Origin: Callorhinchus milii | Lineage: Eukaryota | Length of the DNA stretch: 64,000 bases | Direction of reading: 5' to 3' | Assembly: GCF_018977255.1 (NCBI RefSeq) | Contig: NW_024704743.1 | Coordinates: 17,238,001 to 17,302,000, forward strand | Part shown: positions 55,301 through 64,000 of the stretch, piece by piece | Layout of the letters: each line of letters opens with the position of its first letter | Position numbering within the stretch: the stretch's first letter is position 1 | Translations under genes and position numbers: made by a program | The notes under the pieces: model-generated | What the model saw: the letters and a program-made list of their open reading frames with translations, nothing else | What the model was told of the DNA's origin: nothing | The model's database searches: none

Positions 55301-58300
55301 TGCAGGCCCTACAAAAGCCCACATCTTCTTTATTATTATTGTCCATACCTGTGACCAAAAAATGCAAAGGGTTTCTCTTTCAGTTTGGGCAGCAAGGCGA
55401 TGGAGAGTTCATCAAGGAGCTGGAAAAGGTTCTGTGCAAAAGGCTCCTTAGCACGGGTCTCTCTCCCAGCGAGTCTAATAGAATAAACTGAGATTCAAAG
55501 AGGATGAGAATTTGATTCAGCACTTCTTCAGATTGTAGCGTGTTAGTACTGTAATGTTAGCACTCCAGAATTAAACCTACATCAAGTTACTGGAGTCCCG
55601 TAGTGTATTCGTTAGAGCACTCGCCTCGCAAATGAGAGGACTGGGTTCAATTCCTGGGCAGGGCAAAAAGGCTAGGCAAGTTTCCTTACTTCACATGCCT
55701 CCATTTACCTAGCGGTACGTAGGAACATGGTTGTTTGTCAATTGACAGATCGCTTTTTGGGGGGATTTTGCAATCCATGACTATTTGTGGAACAATACTG
55801 TGCGCAGTTGGCTTCTGTGTTTCATCCACACAACACAACAACAAAATTGCATTTGTATAGCACCTTTCACTTTGGGAGGACGTCCCAAGGCAGTGAATTC
55901 ACAGAAAATATACATTAAAAATCTGGCTTATTTATAGAGCGTCTTTCACATTGGGAGGATGTCCCAAAGCGCTGAACAATCAGATGTCGGGGCCCAAGCC
56001 TGGGGGATGGGTGGTGGAGGGATGAGGGAAGGCAGAGAGGTGTGAGGGAGACCAAAAGCATTGAGACCGGCCTTGAAGAATACAAGGGAGGAAGCGAGGT
56101 GAAGGGACCCTGGGATGGAGTTCCAGTGTGGGGGGGGCAGAGAGGCTGAAAGTAGGTAGGGTCGGCGGGAGACATGGAGCAGGCTGGAGCCTGATGAGCG
56201 GAGGGAGCGGGAAGATTCGTAGGGAGACAGCAAGTCAGAGAGGTAGCAGGGGGCAAGGCCACGGATGGCCTTAAAGATGAGGACGAGGATCTTGAATTCG
56301 ATCCTCTGGGGGATGGGGAGCCAGTGGAGTCGGGTGAGGGTGGGAGTGATGGGTGGGGTCGCAGAGCCTGGTGCGTGAGAGTACACGAGCTGCAGAGTTT
56401 TGGATGATCTGCAGCTTGTGAAGGGAAGAGTTCAGAAGGCCGATGAGGAGAAAGTTCCTGTAATCAAGCCTTGAGGTGAGGGTTTCGGCAGCTTGAGGGG
56501 TGAGGCAATGGCGGAGTCTGGCAATAGTCAGACAATATACAGTCAATTCACTTTACAGTATATTCTGTGGAGTGCTTTCAGATGCCTCAAAGATGTGATA
56601 AGGGCTATATCAAATGCAAGGATGATCATTATTATTCGGCCCATCATGTTTGTACCCGCTCCCTCAAGAGCAATCCTTTCAGTTCCACTTACCTGCCACT
56701 TACCTATACCACTGTAACCACTTTTTTTTTTAAGACTGGCTGTCTAGTTACCTTTTGAAGGTTAATACAGATTGTGCTTACCACTCCCGGGAGGGCATTC
56801 CATTTGCCAACTATTCTGTATGAAAAAGAGTATCCTCATCTCTCCATTTACATTTGCTAACTAGTTTAAATTGATGCCCTGTCAAATTCTGTGAGACCTG
56901 ATGTGAAGGTGCTAAATAAATGTAAATCGTTGTTATAGATTTATTTTAAAAGTAAATATACATTTCATTAGAAGCAAATCTTTAACTCCCAAATTTCATG
57001 ATTTTGACACTTTGGTTAATTTGTAGTTCTTGAACCATGTTTAATTCGAAAATATGAAAACATTCCAGAAATAATAATAATAATCCTTGCATTTGATATA
57101 GCGGCTTATCACGTCTTTGAGACATCTCAAAGCGCTTCACAGAAAATACTGTCAATTTTGTGAACATGTACTGAGTGGTGACTAAAAAAAATTAAGGATT
57201 ACCCCCAGAAAAGCAATCTGCCAATCAATTACCTTTAGGTAAACAGAGGCCTGTGGAGTAAAGAAACTTGTCTAAAATTTCACCTGTCCGGGAATCGAAC
57301 CCAGGTTCTTGTTTGTGAGGCAAGTGCTCTCTCCACTAAGCTACAGGACTCCACCTGTAGTGTCTGAAATCTGCTGGTGTGCCCATATCATTACTTGTGA
57401 TGGTTTCATAAAATTTCCATTGATTTACATAAACTGTACAGCCCAGAAACAGCCATTTGGCCTAATTAGTCCGGTCCGGCGTTTATAATCCACAAGTTTC
57501 CACTGACTCCTTACTCCCACCCTTACCCTTCTGTTACCTTCTTCTTGTATATTTTATTGATGTCGCCTGATTGCTGAGTAATCCGATCCTTAATTTACTA
57601 AATATGACACAATGTAACTTCAAAATAACAGCTTGTAAACACCATCTTTTTTATCGTGAACGAATCATGTCCGTCAATGTACATGTGAATGTGTGATTAA
57701 GTTGTTCATATGAAAATAAGAAATGCTGTAAAATCGTTCATTATCTCTGGGAATTTGTCAATTTAGCTATATTCATGCACTCAAATATGTGCAAGATTTC
57801 TAGGGAAACAATGTAAGATTTTATAGTAACCACGTCAAAAGGGACCTTTGGATCCTTTGAAACAAAGTTTGTAATACTTATATTTGGACAGGGTAGAGTT
57901 AATAATAAAAACTTGCATTTGGTATTGGGCCTTTCACGTCAGGAAGACATCCTAAAGCACTTTTATATAGTATCTATTTTAAAGTGGAGTGACTGTGTGT
58001 TTTGTGGATGAACATGGCAGCTAAGTTACGCACAGCAATGTCCCACATGCAGCAATGAAATGAATGATCATTTTTATTTGGGGGTTTGTTGGGCGGGATA
58101 CTGGCAGAAATTCCTTTCTCTTTTCAAATAGTGCTATGTGATTTTTAAAATCCACCTGAACAGGCAGATGGAGCCTCAGTTTTAATGTCTCATCTGAAGG
58201 CGAGAACCTCCACCAATGCAGCACACCCCCGGCACTGCACTCGAATGTCAGCTCGACTATATGAGTTCCAGTTCCAAATCCTAAAGTGGGGCTTGAACCC

Positions 58301-61091
58301 ACAAACTTCTGATTCAGAGCTATACGAATGCAAACAGAATAATACACAAAGTTAGAGATATAGAAAGTTATAGAAATAGACAGAAAATTTGATGTTAAAG
58401 AAAAAGAAAAAGAAAAAGAGAAAGCAAGGTAGAGAAAGATAAGGGCCGGCAAGATATGTTACTAAAGTGACAGTATAACTCCTGATGCAGTACGTTTTTG
58501 TTTAGCATATGTATTTTGAGTAATGTCCAATTATCCATTCTGGCTGGTTATCCACATTGGGGCCTTTGACAAAATGTTGCATGGCTGAATAGATACAACA
58601 GAGCAACATTGCCTCATTACAGAGAATGTGAAAAAATAATTTCTTGCATTTGGTATAGCTCCTTATCACATCACAGAAATGTCTCAAAGCACTTCAAAGA
58701 AATGTGACCATGAAGTGTAGTGACTGTATTTATAGGTGAATGTGACAGATAATTTACGTCCTGCTTGCCCCTCATCCCCTCCATCATCGGCAGCTGTACT
58801 TTCAGCCACTAAACACAAAGAGCGCTATAAAAAATGCAAATTGTTGTTATTCCCTTTTTGGACAATGCTATATGATCTTTAATGCCCACTCAATTTAAGC
58901 AAAAGTCCTAATAGATAGGCTGGTTCTAGCTGGACAAGCAGCGGGAATCTTGCCAGACAGTGCTTTCAATGGCAAGCTATGCAGTTTCAGCTGGTTAAAT
59001 TCCAGTAGTACCCCACTCTGGGATTCTCAGATTTGGCTCTTGCCAACTTGCTCCGAATATACTCTGGAATTAGGTAAGTAGGGTGTGTCCCTCTGAAGAG
59101 AACTTGCATTCCATTCCAGACACAAAAAACTCCATGTGCAGGTGGCATACATGGACTTCTCAGTTGGGTTTGGATACTCTTTAAGCATGGTGATGTGTTT
59201 CTGCATGTGACAGACACCTAGCTGACCAAACAAAATCAGTCTGTTAGAGAGCAAGCAAATTGCTGGTGTGTATAGCAATGCAAACGTAAACACAGACAAG
59301 AGAATATCATGGTACACCATACAATTTTTGGCCATCCCTGAGAGACAGAGATGTATGGCACAATCCAAAATTGTGACAAGGCCATTCCCAATTAGTGCAG
59401 ATAACTGTCTCTCTTCTGTATCAAAAGATACAAACCTTGGAGGGCATCCAGCAATGATTCATAGTATTAGTGTGAGGAGTGAAAAGGTTTAGTGATGATG
59501 AGAAATTGGGTAAACTTGGATTATATTTCCCTGAGCTAAACCATAAATGCAGAATCGATTGGGATTTTTGAACAGGAGGTAAATAGAAATTAGGGTATTA
59601 AAGAATGCCCAGAAAATTGGAATAAAATTGCCATGATTGCCAAAATGATAGAAACAACTTACTCCTGTTCCTATGAAGCAAAAATTCATGGCACTATGAC
59701 ACTCCCATAGCACTATTCAGAAAGAAGGATTCCTCCCTTTTCGCCTCCCCGACTCCACTGACTCCCCGTTTATAAAAGGATCGATTTCAAGATCCTTACT
59801 CTTATGTACAAATCCCTTCATGCCACAGCATCATCCTACCTCACTTCTGACCTGTTGGTAAGGCTTTTAATCAGCTAAAATCTCTCTGAGCTGTTTGTAC
59901 CCCCACTCCTTTGCTCACCCATTTGCTCAGCTAACAGTGCACTCCTGACCCCCTTTTTGCCATCATTGGTGGTCGTGCCTTCAGCCACTACACCCCTAAC
60001 TCTAGAACTTCCTTTTCTCAGCATTCAACCCTACTACATCTCAGTGCTCTGAGATGCTATCCTGCATGAGGGGAGTTTCCAGGGTGAAACAAAAGTCCTT
60101 ACTCATAAGTCTACATAAGACATTCAAACTGCATGTCATGTAGATGTTGAAACGCTTTGAGACATCCTCCCGACGTGAAAGACTCTATATCAAATGCAAG
60201 GATTATTATTATTATTATTATACATATCAACTCTGTCCCAAAATGATGAAAGACATCTCCTGTAATAGCTGCACATGCTCTACCAATATTGTCTTTTTTT
60301 GAAAAAATAATTAATAATTTAAAACTCTTGTGAGCAACGACTTCTAATTCACCCCGTATAAATGCAAGTTGTTGTTTCATCCGCTATCTTGGGTAACAAT
60401 CACTCAGGTAAAATTAGTCATTAAGTTCATGGCTATTTGTGGGACATTGCTATGTGCAATTTGGCTACCACATTCACCTGAAAAAATACACAATCATTGC
60501 ACTCTACAGAAAAATCCTGTTAAATCCTCTGTCTTCCAAGCATGAAAGGTACTATATCAAATGCAAGGATTATTATGATTGCTATTATTATTATTATTGT
60601 CAACACGCACATTTGTTTTATTAGGACGTATTTGTTTTTTTTCCAAATGTTTTTACTGTCTGATACTTGTGTCTTCCAAGTAAGTCACACAACCAGCTGA
60701 TCAAATTATACCAAAGGCTCCAGGAATGTTAAGGAATACTGCGCTAATGTGGCTTAGCATGGAGAGAATAACTGAATTCATGAGACTTAAGAGCATAATA
60801 AGTCAATTGATTTGTTCTGACAGCTACCCTGTGAGTAAAGCATCAACTTGTGACTTGACAGGTTACAACATTTTCTCAACACCTATTATTTCTACTGACT
60901 TTGATATGTTGTAGTGCTGAGAGCAACTGTGAAACAAAAATTACACACAAGTCCATATTACCTTCCACTGCATTACTGAAATGTTTCCCCCACTGGGCAT
61001 AATGCATAGATCCACCTCCAGCCCAGGGAAAGCAGACAAGTCTGTACAGAGCTTCGGGTTTTCTGTACATGCAGTTCACTACTTTTTCCAT
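49228..61091 (-). CDS. OLAH: S-acyl fatty acid synthase thioesterase, medium chain (thioesterase II), 6 coding exons, 254 aa
   Basis: complement(join(60962..61091,55349..55487,53457..53556,52129..52298,51184..51266,49228..49370)) = 765 nt. Motifs [26 protein letters not shown] (nucleophile Ser), GGTP, LKADL and PGGHFYL (catalytic His). All GT-AG. Confidence 0.95.
49790..50024. mobile_element. Palindromic Penelope-like terminal remnant with two inverted hammerhead-like cores
   Basis: Arms of about 100 bp centred on 49888. CTGAnGA-A-GG(G/A)TC-GTG-GACCC-GAAA on both strands. Confidence 0.7.
51184..51266 (-). CDS. OLAH: OLAH coding exon 5
   Basis: Encodes [28 protein letters not shown]; aag acceptor, |gtgaga donor. 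Confidence 0.92.
51322..51625 (-). mobile_element. LINE2 3' end (GC-rich subfamily)
   Basis: Closely matches 32135-32360. Confidence 0.85.
52129..52298 (-). CDS. OLAH: OLAH coding exon 4
   Basis: Encodes [56 protein letters not shown]. Confidence 0.93.
52939..53250 (+). mobile_element. tRNA-derived SINE, short variant, with rearranged head
   Basis: A-box region replaced by a gctttgcaa duplication; body and tail intact. Confidence 0.9.
53457..53556 (-). CDS. OLAH: OLAH coding exon 3
   Basis: Encodes [34 protein letters not shown]. Confidence 0.94.
55349..55487 (-). CDS. OLAH: OLAH coding exon 2
   Basis: Encodes [46 protein letters not shown]. Confidence 0.94.
55592..55835 (+). mobile_element. 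tRNA-derived SINE, long variant (diverged)
   Basis: Head ggagtcccgtagtgtattcgttagagcactcgcc. Confidence 0.75.
55925..56530 (-). mobile_element. LINE2 3' fragment
   Basis: [13 protein letters not shown] and [16 protein letters not shown]2 tail. Confidence 0.87.
57070..57352 (-). mobile_element. tRNA-derived SINE, long variant (internally deleted)
   Basis: Head at 57352, tail at 57070. Confidence 0.8.
57905..58320 (-). mobile_element. Deu-domain-like SINE
   Basis: Homologous to 17878-18290. Confidence 0.7.
58915..59245 (-). repeat. Unclassified old interspersed repeat, copy 3
   Basis: Homologous by eye to 11290-11605. Confidence 0.7.
60962..61091 (-). CDS. OLAH: OLAH coding exon 1
   Basis: Encodes [43 protein letters not shown]. 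Acceptor 2 nt upstream of the ATG implies a 5' non-coding exon. Confidence 0.93.
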
Positions 61092-61506
61092 TTCTGTAAC
61101 GTAAGTGGCAAATCAATAGTCTTTTTCAAAAAAAAGCGCAGATTTTTTTAAAAAAAAAACCACAAATCCATTCGAGTTCTGAGGAAGGTGGGAGACGAAT
61201 TGCGGCGCTGCAACACTGTCAAACTCACAACGAGCAACTACTGCAAATTCAAATCTAGGCCAGAGAAAAAAAACCCTCTCTGATGGTGGGAATCAAAAAT
61301 AAAACAGCTGTGCACTTCACTACAGTACTCCCCCAGTACTGTGCTCACACACCACACACACACACACACTTGCAATTATTGTGAGTGACCCTTAGAAATG
61401 GCACTAATTAACCACAGCAGCTCACAGCACTGTTATACATATTCACACCCTTAACACAGTGGTCATTTGTGGCCACACTGTGCAGGACAAGTGGCACAGC
61501 CTGGAG

Positions 61507-64000
61507 CCCCCTCACCACCACCATCTCACCACCCTCTCCCTCACCACTACCTCACCCACCCTCTCCCTCACCACCACCACCACCTCACCACCCTCTCCCT
61601 CACCACTACCTCACCCACCCTCTCCCTCACCACCACCACCACCTCACCCACCCTCTCCCTCACCACCACCACCACCTCATCCCCTCCCTCACCACCTCAC
61701 CCCCTCCCTCACCACCACCACCACCTCATCCCCTCCCACCACCACCTCACCCACCCTCTCCCTCACCACCACCACCACCTCACCCCCTCCCACCACCACC
61801 TCACCCACCCCTCCCTCACCACCACCACCTCACCCCCTCCCACCACCACCTCACCACCCTCTCCCTCACCACCACCTCATCCCCTCCCACCACCACCTCA
61901 CCCTCACCCTCTCCACCACCTCACCCCCTCCCACCACCACCTCACCTCACCCTCTCCCTCACCACCACCACCTCACCCTCTCCCTCATCACCACCACCTC
62001 ACCCCTCCCACCACCACCACCTCACCCCTCCCACCACCACCTCACCCTCTCCCTCACCACCACCTCACCCCCTCCCTCACCACCACCTCACCCCCTCCCT
62101 CACCACCACCACCACCTCACCCACCCCCTCCCTCACCACCACCACCCCACCCTCTCCCTCACCACCACCACCTCACCCCCTCCCTCACCACCACCACCAC
62201 CTCACCCACCCCCTCCCTCACCACCACCACCCACCCTCTCCTCACCACCACCACCTCACCCTCTCCCTCACCACCACCACCTCATCCCCTCCCTCACCAC
62301 CTCACCCCTCCCACCACCACCACCTCACCCCCTCCCTCACCACCTCACCCCCCCTCCCTCACCACCACCACCACCTCACCCCCTCCCACCACCACCTCAC
62401 CTCACCCTCTCCTCACCACCACCACCTCACCCCCTCCCACCACCACCTCACCTCACCCTCTCCCTCACCACCACCACCTCACCCCCTCCCACCACCACCT
62501 CACCCTCTCCCTCACCACCACCACCTCACCCCTCCCACCACCACCTCACCCTCACCCTCACCACCACCTAACCCCCTCCCACCACCACCTCACCTCACCC
62601 TCACCACCTCACCCTCTCCCTCACCACCACCACCTCAGCCCCTCACCACCACCACCACCTCAGCCCCTCACCACCACCACCACCTCAGCCCCTCACCACC
62701 ACCACCACCTCACCCCCTCACCACCACCTCACCCCCTCCCACCACCACCTCACCCTCTCCATCACCAGCACCTCACCCCCTCCCACCACCACCTCACCCC
62801 CTCCCACCACCACCTCACCCCCTCCCTCACCACCACCACCTCACCCCTTCCCTCACCACCACCACCACCTCACCCTCTCCCTCACCACCACCACTCACCC
62901 CCTCCCTCACCACCACCACCTCACCCCCTCCCTCACCACCACCACCACCTCACCCCTCCCTCACCACCACCACCACCTCACCCTCTCCCTCACCACCACC
63001 ACCTCACCCCCTCCCACCACCACCTCACCCCTCCCTCACCACCACCACCTCACCCCCTCCCACCACCACCTCACCCCTCCCTCACCACCACCACCTCACC
63101 CCCTCCCTCACCACCACCACCACCTCACCCCCTCCCTCACCACCACCACCACCTCACCCCCTCCCTCACCACCACCTCACCCCTCCCTCACCACCACCTC
63201 ACCCCCTCCCTCACCACCACCTCACCCCCTCCCTCACCACCACCACCTCACCCCCTCCCTCACCACTACCACCACCTCACCCTCTCCCTCACCACCACCA
63301 CCACCTCACCCACCCCCTCACCACCACCACCACCTCACCCCTCCCTCACCACTACCACCACCTCACCCTCTCCCTCACCACCACCACCACCTCACCCTCT
63401 CCCTCACCACCACCACCACCTCACCCCCTCACCACCACCACCACCTCACCCCCTCCCTCACCACCACCTCACCCCCTCCCACCACCACCACCACCACCTC
63501 ACCCTCTCCCTCACCACCACCACCTCACCCCTCCCTCACCACCTCACCCCCTCCCACCACCACCTCACCCACCCCTCCCTCACCCCTCCCTCACCACCAC
63601 CTCACCCCCTCCCACCACCACCTCACCCCCTCCCTCACCACCTCACCCCCTCCCACCACCACCTCACCCCCTCCCTCATCACCACCACCACCTCACCCCC
63701 TCCCTCACCCCTCCCTCACCACCACCTCACCCCTCCCTCACCACCTCACCCTCTCCCTCACCACCACCACCACCTCACCCACCCCTCCCTCACCCCTCCC
63801 TCACCACCTCACCCACACCCTCACCACCTCACCCTCTCCCACCACCACCACCTCACCCCCTCCCACCACCACCTCACCCCCTCCCTCACCACCACCTCAC
63901 CCTCTCCCTCACCACCACCTCACCCCTCCCACCACCACCACCTCACCCCCTCCCTCACCACCAACCTCACCACCTCCCTCACCACCTCACCACCTCCCTC
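61507..64000 (+). repeat. C-rich tandem array (CCCTCACCACCACCACCTCA-like units)
   Basis: At least 2.5 kb, runs off the window end; the source of the 370-aa Pro/Thr/His ORF artefact. Confidence 0.97.

Noticed and set aside
61459..62571. 370-aa extensin- or mucin-like ORF
   Set aside because: Translation of the CCCTCACCA array; non-ATG start and no signal peptide.

Overview
Eukaryotic, intron-rich, repeat-dense vertebrate DNA. The tRNA-derived SINE, LINE2, CR1 and Penelope content suggests a cartilaginous fish, probably a holocephalan; this is inference. Four protein-coding genes can be assembled by hand with canonical GT-AG junctions and consistent phases. (1) A 10-exon ENTPD3-like ecto-NTPDase on + (2205-19417, 502 aa). 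(2) RPL14 on - (6 exons, 167 aa, 5'TOP promoter). (3) RPP38 on - (single coding exon, 303 aa). (4) OLAH/thioesterase II on - (6 coding exons, 254 aa). The main observation is that the ENTPD3-like gene has an intact ORF, two TM helices and all ten structural cysteines, yet apyrase conserved regions ACR1-4 all carry substitutions at catalytic or phosphate-binding residues (DAGS->EASS, ATAGMR->ATNAVR, QEEG->QELG, DLGGASTQ->HLGGVSAH). It is therefore a candidate maintained pseudo-NTPDase or a repurposed enzyme. Other leads are a possible nested antisense spliced gene with a PBX/PREP-motif cluster in its intron 3, a candidate poison exon in RPL14, a palindrome carrying two Penelope-type minimal hammerhead motifs, and SINE/LINE2 pairs sharing 3' tails. 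Most ORFs in the supplied track are repeat-derived artefacts. All gene models are manual and have no transcript support.
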